DNA of 52,245 nt, filler included, from Ginglymostoma cirratum (lineage: Eukaryota), in NCBI GenBank assembly GCA_024137785.1. It is 2 parts of 2 records of this genome, joined end to end, with 100 filler letters (N's around TTAATTAATTAA, not from the genome) between each part and the next. Parts side by side here need not be neighbours in the genome. Positions count along the whole stretch, not along the records: positions 1 to 25,198 come from JAHRHZ010000062.1; 1 more part is not named here. One strand, 5' to 3'. A model generated the notes under the pieces. The model saw only the letters and a list, made by a program, of their open reading frames with translations, made no database searches and was not told where the DNA came from. The translations under genes and the position numbers were made by a program. Below, piece after piece: positions 11,550 to 23,711 of this stretch (within the stretch, counting starts at the first letter, position 1; the number at the start of each line of letters is the position of its first letter).

Positions 11550-14500
11550 ATAACATGGGAGCAGTAGGAAACAATTCAGTCCCATAAGCCCATTCTGTCA
11601 TTCAATTAAATCATGGCTTATTTGAATCTTAAAGTGATCCATTTATCCTGGCTTCACAACCCACTTCCTACAACAGTGATTATAATTATTAAAGTACTTC
11701 TGAAGTATAAAGTGCCTTGGCATGTCCTTAGATTGTAGAAGTTGCTTTCTTCCAATACCCTTGCCTAGCAAAAACACGTCAAACTCAATTTGGAAAAGTT
11801 TTGACTTGACCTAACCTCATGCAAACAAGGAACAAAAGGAGGCATGTCAGCCCTTTGAGGCTGCTCAGCCATTCAGTAAGATTATGACTGACCTGATTTT
11901 AAACTCAACTCCACATTCCTGCATATCACTGATGATTACATTAGGGATGAAAAATTAAGTATATATCTTGCTCTGTATTAAAAACACTTGTGATCCTGTA
12001 ACAATTGCCTTTTGAGGAAGGTTATTCCAAAGGCACTGAACCCTCAGAAGGGGAAAAACAAAGTTTCTTCATGTCTGTTTTAAGTATACAACCTCTTACT
12101 CTTAAACTATGACCCCTTGTTCAAGATTCTACCACAAAATGAAACATCTTTTTGACATCAACCTGGTCAGATCCCTTCAGGGTCTTATATGTTTTAATCA
12201 AGTCATTTCTGATTTTTCTTTACCCCAGAGCATAGCTTTTCTCCCACAAGGCAATCCGGTCAATACAGGTATTGGTCTAGAAAACCTTCTATGAACAGCT
12301 TCCAAATCATTAACATCCTTCCATAAACATGGTGACCAGTACTGTACACACTACTCCAGATGCCAGTACCTGTACAGCTGAAATACTACTTCATACTCTT
12401 ACATTTAATCCCTTCATAATACAACAGTACATTCTATCGGCTTTGATTCCTTGCTAACATTTTGTGATTCATGCATTAGGACGCCCAGATCCCTCTGCAC
12501 CTCAGAGCTCGGCAACCTTTCAGCATTTAAGTAATTTTTTTATTCTTTCCGCCAAAATGGACAATATAACACTTTCCTACGTTTTCCTCCATTTGACAGA
12601 CCTTTGCCCAATCATTTAATCTATTTATATCTCTTTGTATGCTTAGATCCTCTTCACAACTCACCTCCTTATATATCTTTGCGTCACCAGCAAGTTTAGC
12701 TGCCATAACTTCAATCTCTTCATCAAAAACATTTAAAAGTTGAAACCTCAGCACTTATCTCTAAGTACATCACTTATGATATCCTGCCGGCCTAAAGAAG
12801 ACCTGTTTATTCCTCCTCTCAACTTCCTGATAACCATGCAATCTTCTATCCATGCTAACGTTACCCCTTTTTCATGAGCTCTTATCTTCTGCAATGGCCT
12901 TTGACATTTTTTTTTTAACCTTAATAAATGCCTTTTGGAAATCTCAGTGCAATAAATCAATGGGTTCCTCTTTATCTAAAACCCAAGATACTTCCTCAAT
13001 AAAATTACTTAAACATGATTCCTGTTGACAAAATCATGTTGGCTCTGCCTGATTACCTTGAACTTTTTCATGTGCCCTTATGACAGACATTAAGCTACCA
13101 GGGTTGTAGTTTCATATTTTCTGACTCCCTCCCTCTCTTTTTGACTAAAGGAGTTACACTGGTTGTTTTCTAATATGAAGGCATCTTCCCTGAATCCAAT
13201 GAGTTTTCAAAATTAAAACCAATGCATCAACCATCTCAAAATTCCTACAGTGTGGAAGCAGGCCATAGGGACCATAGAGTCTTCACCGACCCTCCAAACA
13301 GCATTCTACTCAGATACGTTCCCGCACCCCAACCCTGTAAGCCCGAAATTCACACGGCTAATCCACCAAGCTTACACATCCCTGGACCCCGGACAATACA
13401 CAGCAATTTAGCATGGCCAATCGACCTAACCTGTACATCTTTGGACTGTGGGAGGAAACCAAAGCACCTGGAGAAAGCCCATGCAGACACACGGAGAACA
13501 TTCAAACTCCACACAGACAGACACAGTCACCCAAGGCTGAAATCGAAACCGGGTCCCTAGCACTGTGAGGCAGCAGAATTAACCACTAGACCACTGTGTC
13601 GCCCTAACTACATTTTTTTAAAACATTAGGATGAAATTGATCAGAATTTGGGGCTTGTCAACTCACACTTTCAATAATCAGTCTAATCAAATTAATATCA
13701 GTTCCAACAACTAACTCAGTCCTACCTCCCTGGTAATTGCAATTTTGAGTTCCTCTCCCCTTTTCAATTCCTTATTTACAGCTATTTCCAGAGTGTTACT
13801 TGTACGCTCTTCATTAGAGAGAAATCAAAATACCCTAATTAGTTTCCTGCCATCCCTTTATCCTCCCTTCCTAATTCCCCAGACACATTTGCTACAGGAC
13901 AAACTCTTATTTTGTTAGTGCTTCTCTTTGTTTTTTATCTGAAAAAAAAATTCCTGTTTGTACTATTGGCTAACTTTCTCTCATTGTCATTTTTTCCCTG
14001 CTCATTAAACATTTAGTAATTCTTTGTTGTTTTTAAATATTTTTGCAACCTGCCAGCTCCCTTTGCAGAATTATGTGCCTTTTCTTTGAAGTTGATTTGA
14101 ATTATTATTGTCACATTGTTTTGCATTTATCCAGACAAATCATACCTTAAATAAGTAATAGAATAGAATGCAGAACATGGTGACACAGCTACAGAGAAGG
14201 TGCCCTAATATGAGAGGTCTGTTCACAAGTCTGAAAAGAGGGGAAGAAGCTGGTCTTGAAGCTGTTGGTATGTGCTTTCAACTTTTGTATCTTCTGCTTG
14301 ATGGAAGAAGGTGAAAAAGTGTATAACTGAGGTGGGAGGGGTCTTTGATTATGTTAGCTGCTTTCCCAAGACAGCGATACTATGTTTGACCTTTTTTAGT
14401 AACCATGATGGACGGTCCATCCCACAAAATTTTTTTTTTTTTTTATTTGTTGGAAAGTACATATTCTTCAATCAGTATGTTATGGCATTGGTCAGACAGC

Positions 14501-15265
14501 AGGCTACACTAAACCTTCTGGAATATCCCTGTAAATGTTTGCCACTGCATCTCTATGACCTTAACGTATATTGTAAGTTCACTTTCGCAGGCTCTGCATT
14601 CATACCCTCCTAAGTGCCCTTGTTCAAACTCTCCCTTAAACTGTATGCTAAATTCAATCATATTCTGCCCACTGCTACCCAAGGGAACTTTCACTATGAG
14701 ATCAATAATTAATCCTATCTTGTTGGTCAAAACCAGGTCCAGTACAGCCTGCTGTCGGACTGGTGTCATAACATACTGATCAAAGAAAGTATCCTGAAAA
14801 TATTCAATGAATTCCTCCTATAGACTACATTTTCTCACTTGATTTTTTTTCGCAGTCTATATAGTATGTTAAAATCCCCTACAATAATTGCTGTACTGTT
14901 TTGACAACCTTCCATTAGTTCTTCCTTGAAACCCTGTCCTACCATGTCATTACTGTAAGTGCACCTGTACACAATACCCACAAGCAACCTCTTACCTTCA
15001 CTGTTCCTCATCTGTACCCAGACTGCTTCTATATCCTGGTTTTCTGAATTTAGGTCATTCCTATCTATTGTGCTAAGATTATTTGTAATCAACAGAGCCA
15101 CTCCTTTCCTACCTTCCTGTTCTTCCTAAACATCAAATGCCCTACAATATTCAAGTGCCCATCTAAAGGAGTTACATTCGCTGTTTACAAATTTGAAGGA
15201 ATCTTCCCTGAATCCAATGAGTTTTTGAAAATTAAAACCAATGCATCAACCATCTCACTAGCTAC
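11550..15265 (-). mobile_element. Nested CR1 LINE fragments (RT and endonuclease) with SINE and Rex insertions
   Basis: Endonuclease remnants VLDLVLTN and IIVGDFN; RT remnant QRDINRLNDWAK. Confidence 0.75.
13240..13604 (-). mobile_element. HE1-type V-SINE inserted in CR1
   Basis: The minus strand begins gggcgacacagtgg...ctgcctcacagtgctagggacccgg and has a V-core tttcctcccacagtccaaagatgt. Confidence 0.85.
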
Positions 15266-15723
15266 TTCAATATTGAGGTCCCAATCTAGGTGATCCTAGA
15301 TCTCAGTTATAGCCACTAGATTGTATTTATTATCTGAATTAGTACCACTAGTGGATCTCTTTTATTTCAACTGCTAACAGCTATTTGGGGAAAGAGTTAG
15401 AGATTTAAATTCCAGCCCTATTTTTCCAAAATTCCAGGATCTCTTTCATATGAAGGGAAAAATACCTTTTTTTTAAAAAAAAATTTTTTGTCACAGCGTC
15501 ATCTCCAGTTACATGCCAGCAACAGGAATATGATATTGCAAATATGGTAGAATGGAGGCAGAGACAGGACAGACAGATACAATACAACACTCTTAGAAGC
15601 TCATTTGCATCATCTGCCATGATGGCAGTGGACACTGTAATTGTGATCAATTAGAACATTAGGGTCCATATGTTCTACTTCACAGAATTATGTCTTTTGA
15701 TCGATTCATTAAAAGAAACTTAC

Positions 15724-16146
15724 TTCCACCAACATGGAGTTTGATCTTTTTACAAATGGCTTCACTGTTAGATGGATGCATCACCTTACATGTGATTTCT
15801 GCTTCATTGTCCATAAAAATGTCAGGATAAATCTCGAGAACGCTGGAAATGCTGAAAGTTCCATCATCACTTTTCTGGATACTGCCAGCCCTGACTTTCC
15901 AATCATCATCAGTTTCATTCCTTTTTTCAGCCTTTTCTATTTTCTTAGCCTTGCTCAAAGGGAAACGGAATACGTTGTCTTCCTGCCATTCAGCAATCAA
16001 CTTCATTTCAGCATCTTTCAATCTCTTCAAATACCAGGCAATAGTAATAACACTAGGTTGAAATCCAGACACTTGGCAAGTAAGTTCTGCAGGTTCTTGG
16101 TGTATAATTTGCACAGGTTTTTGAATTTCTGACACATTTGGTGCAA
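15724..16146 (-). CDS. Post-TM IgC1 domain 1 (with charged insertion)
   Basis: Acceptor ttcctag|TT and donor GGA A|gtaagt; 423 nt, phase 1-1. VAPNVSEI...LTCQVSGFQP...AWY...DDGTFSISSVL...ITCKVMHPS. Confidence 0.9.
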
Positions 16147-17686
16147 CTAGGAATTGAAAAAGAATGTCAAGTAGGATTTTTTCACATGATCTTTTGCACT
16201 TCCTGAAAATTCTTACCAATTTTAAAACTTGTCTCAATTGATTGTAAAATTGATTGTTATTTGTTTTAATTCTCACGTTTAAGTTTCACTGAAGTTTGCC
16301 AAAAACCACCATAAAAGTTACAACACCAATAGCTCTCTTATGGAATTATTCAGTCAGAACAGGGACTTTTGTAATTAGTATCCATTAAGTAAACTGCTCT
16401 TTACACTAACACTAGAATGAACTGCTTGCATACTTAGATTCACACAATGTGGCATGTGTTTGAATTAAGTGATTATGGGAGGGTGGAGTGTTTTTCTGAG
16501 AGTGAGAAATGGCATTTTTAATGAAGAACAGAGTTACAATTTCACTGCACCAAGTGCATGCAAAACATCTTCTATGGTAACTTAGAGTTTACAGAAAAGG
16601 TAGTGATACAGTAAACAGGGGACCACAAAAATAAACAGGCAAAGTGCAAAACAGAACTTCAAAAAAAAAAGCAATTAAAAAATGTTCTCTGAAAATGTGT
16701 GATTTCAACAGAGTCAAGGGCAACAATGCTGCAGTTCAAAATAATATTTAGAAGTTTACAGATGAGGGGGATAAAACAGCAACAGAACAGGGAACTAAAG
16801 AAGGAACTCATACAACGGCACAGGAAAGAAATTGCAAAATAAAACACAACTACTTGATTTTAAAAACGAGCAAATGAGAAATGACAAAAATAATCATGTA
16901 TCTGCACTCAAGGATACAGAATGGTTTCGCCATGTCAAAGGATCTGAAGGTCAACTTGAAGTTGTGCTTTCTATTTTTGGTAATGGAGTAAATGTGGACC
17001 ACACTCTAAAACATAACTCAAGTTACCAGAACAGCTCAGCAGCTACAGAGACCTTATCTGATACCATTCACATTAGCAGAAAAAAAAAACTATATTTTGG
17101 AAAAATTATTAACTAATTGAAAGCAAGATCCTCATTTCCTCTTAAGAAGTGGATTATTTTAAATGAACGATTAGTACTTTTGAACTTCCCTTCCCTTTTA
17201 AACAGTAAAGAATCCATTGACTGTAAACTCCAGAATGTATTGGGCAATTGCTATCAGCAACATCAGTACAAGATCAAAGTATGGTAAGTCAGCACAAATG
17301 TTAGGGTGGAGTAACAGAAGTACTCTGCAGCAGCAAAGAAAAAGTTAGATGAGGAGTTAATAAAGGTAAAACAAATATACCAAGCAGAGCACTTATGAAA
17401 CTATCCAAATTACACATTTCATTTTTAGCTTGCATTTTAATTAAACACTCTTTGTTGGCAGACTAATCGTTTCCATTTAATAACGACTATCATAACGTGA
17501 AAACAGAAAAATTAAAGGGTAGCAAGTTTGAGATTTCATTGGCTGAATCTATGACTTTGCTGCAACAGCAGCTCTTTCAATATTCTGCCTCCCAACCCAT
17601 AAACAACCTTCCTTTGAGGCAATTTGCTCCAGATTTATCTCCCAAAGTGTCTGAAATAGCGCACAAGACCCAGAATGTGGCTTTAC

Positions 17687-17803
17687 CTTTATAATAGAAT
17701 CGCATATAGAAATAAATTCCTAGTCCGAGTATAAGAACAGACGTAATGATGCTCCCAATGATGCTTCCGATTATTGAAGCTTTGGACAAATGAATTTCTG
17801 CTT
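17687..17803 (-). CDS. B7-H6-like Ig gene: transmembrane exon
   Basis: Acceptor ttcttttgcag|AA and donor AAA G|gtaaag; 117 nt, phase 1-1. EAEIHLSKASIIGSIIGSIITSVLILGLGIYFYMRFYYK has a hydrophobic span of about 25 aa followed by R/K. Confidence 0.85.
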
Positions 17804-19126
17804 CTGCAAAAGAAAAGTTACATATTTCTTACACTTAACTATTTTAATAGTTCCACTAGTGAAATACTGTATTATTGTGTGAAGTATAATAAAGAAATAC
17901 TTACCTCAATTCTGGGCAAACCAATTAATATTCACAAAAACAAGGTACTAATTTTTACACATGTACATCTCATTGTTTTAAATCCAGTTGTAATACTTGG
18001 AAAACAGGACATTTCTAATGGAAGTGCATTTGCACAAAAATCAATGTAGAATCAATGTTACTCATAATTTGCATTTCTTCAATGTCACCGATTCAAAAGC
18101 TTGGTCCTCCCTTCCTAAAGTCATTGTGGGTCTACCTACAACAAATGGACTGCAGGGGTTTCAGAAGGCAGCTCACCACCATTTTAAAGGCAACCAGGGA
18201 TGGACAATAAATACTGGCTCAGCCAGCACACTGACGTTTCATGAATACATTTGAAAGAAAACTGATGCTTTAGGATGAGGAATAAGAAACTTCAAATCAA
18301 AATTTGCAAATGATATAAAACAGTAAGCTTAGCTGACACTAAAACAAAATGCAACAGAACATCAAATCTAAAAACCTGAAGAGCAGATTGTTACCTGACA
18401 CCAATAAATATAATGAACTCAACTGAACAAAAATACAGAAATGTCACCTGCAGTTTATTTCTTTTAAATGGAGTGAAAGTACAAAGGGATCCAGGGAAAT
18501 AGGTGAACAAATCAAATCAATGAAAGCAGCATGGGAACAAAACTATTAAATGTGTCAGGTAAACCATGGGATTGGTTTTAGAGATGGTACATTTGTTAAA
18601 TGTGTATTGGAACCTGGTCATGCTGCATGCAGAATGCATAGCTCTGGTAGCCTATTACAAGAAAGGATGTAGAAGTACTATAGAAAGTGTAAAGTATGTT
18701 TACAATCATGGTAACAGAACTGAGATCACATTAATTGAGAAAAGATTGAATAGGTTGGGGCCTTCACCTTTCAAAAAACAAATACTTACAAGTGGCCTTA
18801 AAGGAGTCTTTAAAATTATAAGCGGTTCCGTCAAGGTAGAAATGGAAACAATATTTTCACTTGCAGGAAGTGAAAACTAAGAACCACAGTACAAGGAAGT
18901 GACTAATAAATCGAATGAGAAAATAAATAAAATTTCTTCGGTCAAGAAAGTGGTTGGTATGGAGGAACTCTCTGCCACAGCAAGTGAGACAGATAACAGG
19001 TGCTTTTAAAAAGGCAACTAGACAAGTACACAATTGAAAAAGCTAAGAAAATATATAATTAAAAGGGCGCGCTAAGGCAGATAAAAATGGGAGAAAACTC
19101 ATGTGGTTACAAATACTAATAGTATT

Positions 19127-19801
19127 CAAGGTTTTTGAGAAGATTTGTAGCTCGGGTCGTTGACTTGCTTATCGAGCTGGTAAGTTTGTTTGCAAACATT
19201 TTGTAACCATGCTAGGTAACATCATCAGTGCACCTCGGGTGAAGCGTCAGTGTTCTGTCCCACTTGCTATTTGTGTCTTGGTTTGTTGGGATGGGTGGCA
19301 TCACTTCCAGATTTGTTTCTTAGTGATTGGTATATGGGGTCCAGCTTGACATGTTTGTTTGTTAATGGAGTTCTGGTTTGAGTACCAAGCCTCCAGGAAT
19401 TCTCGTGCATGTCATTGCTTGGCTGGTCCTAGGGGGATTATATTGTCCCAGTCGAATTGTTGTTCCTCTTTGTTCATGTATTGAAATGAGATACACGTGG
19501 ACAAAGAGGGACACTAATTCGACTGGGACAACGTGGCCAAGGAACGACACGCAAGACATTTCTAATGGAAGTGTGGCACTCAAATCAGAACTCCATTAAC
19601 AAACAGGTCAAGCTGGACCCCATATACCAATCACAACGAAAGAAATCCGGAAGTGATGCCACCCACCCAACAAACCAAGATACAAATAGCAAGTGGGACA
19701 GAACACTGACGCTTCACCAGAGGTGCACTGGTGATGTTAACTAGCATGGTGACGAAATGTTTGCAAACAAACTTACCAGCTCGGCGAGCAAATCAACAAC
19801 C
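19127..19801. mobile_element. Penelope-like element arranged as a long inverted repeat
   Basis: Arms at about 19155-19480 and 19491-19801 are reverse complements. Both carry GIY-YIG C-terminal remnants (FDWDN...EFLEAW.SNQNSINK...LDPIYQ). Flanks actaatagtatt/actaacattatt (10/12 match) suggest a target-site duplication. Confidence 0.85.
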
Positions 19802-20598
19802 ACTAACATTATTGTTCAGCCATTTGGCTTCACTTAGTGCTGTATACCATATTTAATTTTAAACTTTAAACATTTTCATTAAAATTGATTCCAATCTATG
19901 GGAACAATCATTGGCTACTTTTCCACCGGAAGGATTTGTTAACACAATTAAATGGAAAATTAAAATCTGTTAAACAAGGTACAATTAAACTTTTTCCAAG
20001 AATCCTGAAAAGTCGTCAAATCACATGTATGGCATAAATAGGTATTTAGTATGGAATAGGTGTCTAATTCATTAGATTGAACACAAATAACGCAGGCAAG
20101 CCCCAGTTGCAAACGTGTTCCATTCTGGAGTCCACAAGTCAAATTGCTTGCAAGTCGGAACACAATGGAGGGCAATTGAAAACAGCTTTTGTTACAGGAA
20201 GGGTTCACATGTCAGGTCTTTAAAATTAAAACCACATGTGGGATGGCACTTGTAAATATGAGTATTCTAATTCAGGGACTACCTGTACTTAAAACATATA
20301 ACACGCACAAAACCATAGTAAAGTAAGAGTTATTACTCACAATATATATGAAATCTAATTTGCTCACATTTATAGAAGTTAATCGAGTGTTATGTCAAGT
20401 TAAAATGATTTGTTAAAATAAATTTTAAAAACACAAGGAAGTTAAAATTTCACTAGCCTGTCAGTATCAAATGAATCCATTCCAAAAGCTTCACATTTGA
20501 TTATGTCCCCAAGAAAAGTTAGAAGTTAAAATGAATTTAACCAAAATGCTTTAGACTTAGTATTTTAATAAAGAAAAGCTAAAATTATTGCAACTCAC

Positions 20599-20925
20599 CT
20601 TTCAAAGTCACCAAAGCTTCTACTTGGTATGGTTTTGTAAAAGACTTATGAAAGACACGGCATGTGAAAGTGCTGCCAATATCTTCTACTCCAGGCTCTA
20701 ATCTAACTTCAGTGCTTATGTTACATGATCCATCAGGGTTTTTGACTGGTGGGGCAATGCAAATATCAGTCAACACTTTTGGTTTTCCTTGTGCTGGGGT
20801 TGTCTGCAACCATTCAGTATTGCTTTCACAAGGATAATATCCACTTAACTGACAACTTAAAGCCATCTCGCCACCTGTTCCAACTTCCACAGTTTTTTCT
20901 GAAGTCACTGTTACTGTAGGTTGTG
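20599..20925 (-). CDS. B7-H6-like Ig gene: membrane-proximal IgC1 exon
   Basis: Acceptor ttttggtag|CA and donor AAA G|gtgagt; 327 nt, phase 1-1. AQPTV...LSCQLSGYYP...EWL...NPDGS...FTCRVFHKSF is a C1-set domain of the B7-H6/tapasin type. Confidence 0.92.
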
Positions 20926-22567
20926 CTACCAAAATACAAAGGGTATGTTAGTATCACTAATAATTGCAACTATACTTCAAAACTAATGCATTGATTGGAT
21001 CTATGCACAGTGAAGAAACAGCAGAGCCATTATTAAATAAATATATCTCAGTTAACAAACACCAATAAACGAAACAGTGCCACAGAACTACAGGACAAGT
21101 AATAAGGTTCTCATGTTTAGAAAGGAAGCTCACAGGTGGCTGAGTGGCTAGCAGAACATATAGATTAGGAGTTACAGATCAGACAGGCAAACAGTGAGAC
21201 ATGGTGTTCCTCAGAGACTGGCATTGGAGCCACTGTTGTTTATAATTTACACTAGCAATTTGTACTCTGGAACCAGAAATACAATTTTGAAATTTGCAAA
21301 TGACAGTGCAAAAAATAGAAAATGAAGGATGTGTCTAAAATATATGTTAATGAACTTGCATCCAAATTAACACACAGGAAATGAATTCAGATAAGTATCA
21401 GATTGCATTTTAATAAGAACACAGGGCCCACATACAGGCGAGATAAAATCAAAGTGGGATAGAGGAGAAAGAGGTTTTGGGGCTTGCAGACAATCATTAA
21501 AAGGCCACATCTCAAGCACTGAGATGCATTTCTATAAATTTAGAATTGTAAAAGTGTGTTAAATTTGCATAGTAATCTGATAATGATCTCATTTTGAGTA
21601 ATGTGTCTATTTCTGGTTTCCACATTATAAAAACAGAAATATTCACAAGGATGCTACTGAAACCGAGAGGTTCTAAACAACTGGAAATACATAACAGACC
21701 TTTTTTCCCCAGAAGTGTGAACGCTAAAGGTGACGTGATAAATGTCTTCAACATAACAAAAAGTTCCATGTAATACTGTTGGAGGTATCATCATTCAGAT
21801 CAGACAATAAACCAACACCCCAAGTTAATAAAGGGGCTATTTCGAAAACGTGCAGTGGGACTTAACTACTGCATGGCTAGTTGAAAAATGAAAAGAATTT
21901 GTTATTAATTCCTACTATTGTAACAGTTGTGGTGTGTCAGAAGGAACAGATGGCCCTGGCACGCAAGTGAAGGAGAAGGAAAATCTCTAAAATTCCCTTT
22001 CACCTCTGCTGGGAAGAAAGCTGCAAAAATGCTTTCTAAACTTTAACCTTAAATGCTACATTCTTAATCACAGATTGTATAGGCATCTTCACCAAAATAC
22101 ATTTTCCCTCCCCACAAACTCAAGCACTTTACTGAATTTGCTACTTTTGGTTCAGTCAGTAAATGCCGATTTACAATGCATCACGCAAATAAACTTTCCG
22201 TACCTGGTTGAGAATTGATAGTTCAGATAGCAACTTGTAAACACAGGCATTACTGGATCATTAATGAGCACACTGATATAATCAAAAAGTATTAAACACT
22301 AAGAGCAAACCATTTACTTTTTTTTTAAAAAATAACTTTTGATGACAGATAATCAGCCTGACACTTTAATGCTATTTTTGTCCTAAGATTTTGCCTGACC
22401 TGCTAAGTATTTCCAGCATTTACAGTACTTTACGTTTGAAGATATTTTCTTGGTAAGATTACATTTCCAAAGCTAAAAAGACATATTGTTAAAATATATT
22501 AAACTGATGGCATTGCGTTGCACTGAAATGTGGAACGATTTACAATACAACAAATAAATCTTTTTAC

Positions 22568-22921
22568 CTAAAACTTGAAGTGTTACTATCTTAGTCGCTT
22601 TATCATTTGGTGGAATGTAAACTTCGCATTGGTATTGTCCAGCATGTTTATAAACAACATCTTTTAGCAACAGTGACATGTTTCCACGTGTAATAGAGCT
22701 GCTCAATAGCTCTGCTTCTTTCCATTTCTCTCTTATTACTCCAGAAACGTAGACAAAAACATTTGATTTTTCAGCACCACTAGTGAAAGACCATAAAACG
22801 CTTGCGTTCTGCAGAGTCATTTTGGATCCGGTGAATTCAGCAATTTCGCATTCTAGAAGACCATTTTCATTACGTATTACTTCCACAAAACTTGGACTGT
22901 CTTTCAACGTCACCTTGCTTT
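22568..22921 (-). CDS. B7-H6/NCR3LG1-like Ig gene: IgV exon
   Basis: Acceptor ttttcag|AA with an upstream ctaac branch point and donor TTA G|gtaaaa; 354 nt, phase 1-1. V-set motifs LECEI...VLWSF...GNMSLLLKDV...HAGQYQCEVYIPP...LQV. Confidence 0.9.
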
Positions 22922-23711
22922 CTGAAAATTAAAAAGAAAATAAGACTATTTTGTTAGTGTCCATCCAACAAGACGTTCTAAAATGCATTTCGACTTACAA
23001 AGAACGTACAGCATGAAAACAACTAAGTTAAATAGCTCGACAGTGGCTTATCCTATGTTTCATCGAACACCACCAACATAATCCCTTCTTCTCTTCTTCC
23101 TCATTTGCTTATTTAACTATTCCAATGCTCCCCTAGTTAAGTCTCCCATCTTGCACCTTGCTTAAACTTCAATGCATTCCAAATTTTGCTGCCCATAGCC
23201 CATCTCATGCCTAGCCCGTTTCCCTTTATTTAATTTAACCTGTGTGCTTGGTCTGGCAAGATCTCATTAGTTTCAGATCTCACCATGGCCTCCTTATCTC
23301 TGTAACCTTCTCTGACCTTTCAACCCTGTGAGATCTCTACACTTCTCCAATTCTTGTACTCTTGTTCATCCTTAATTTTAATCACTCCCACAACCAACAG
23401 GGATGTCTTCACGTGGAAAGACTTCAAGCTCTGGAACTCCTTCCTAAACTTCTTCACGTCTCTTTCTTCCTTATGATGAGGCTCAAAACATCGCTCTTTA
23501 AACAAGATTTCAGTCAACTATCCTAACACCAATCTGTTGTTTGGAATTTCAATAAAGATAAATGTTACTGAAGCTTGTTATCCTGAACTTTCAAATCAAA
23601 TTTCCAATTTCAAACTATTTGTACTACAAATAAAAAGGTGCTGATTGTGTTGAAAGGCAGTTCCATCAGCCAAGGTGTTGCCATGAAGGAAATAACATGG
23701 AAACGTTACTT

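Noticed and set aside
17628-17694. Plus-strand PKVSEI, matching the PxVSEI motif that starts several C1 exons
   Set aside because: Wrong strand, no Ig Cys/Trp follows and a stop comes soon after. Most likely coincidence.
1961-22921. Rearranging antigen-receptor locus (IgW/IgNAR/TCR)
   Set aside because: The V exon is complete with its G strand and a splice donor, no RSS or D/J segments were seen and the TM lacks antigen-receptor motifs.
22999-23014. Mini leader ATG CTG TAC GTT CTT T|gtaagt close to the V exon
   Set aside because: Splicing to the V acceptor creates TAA immediately.
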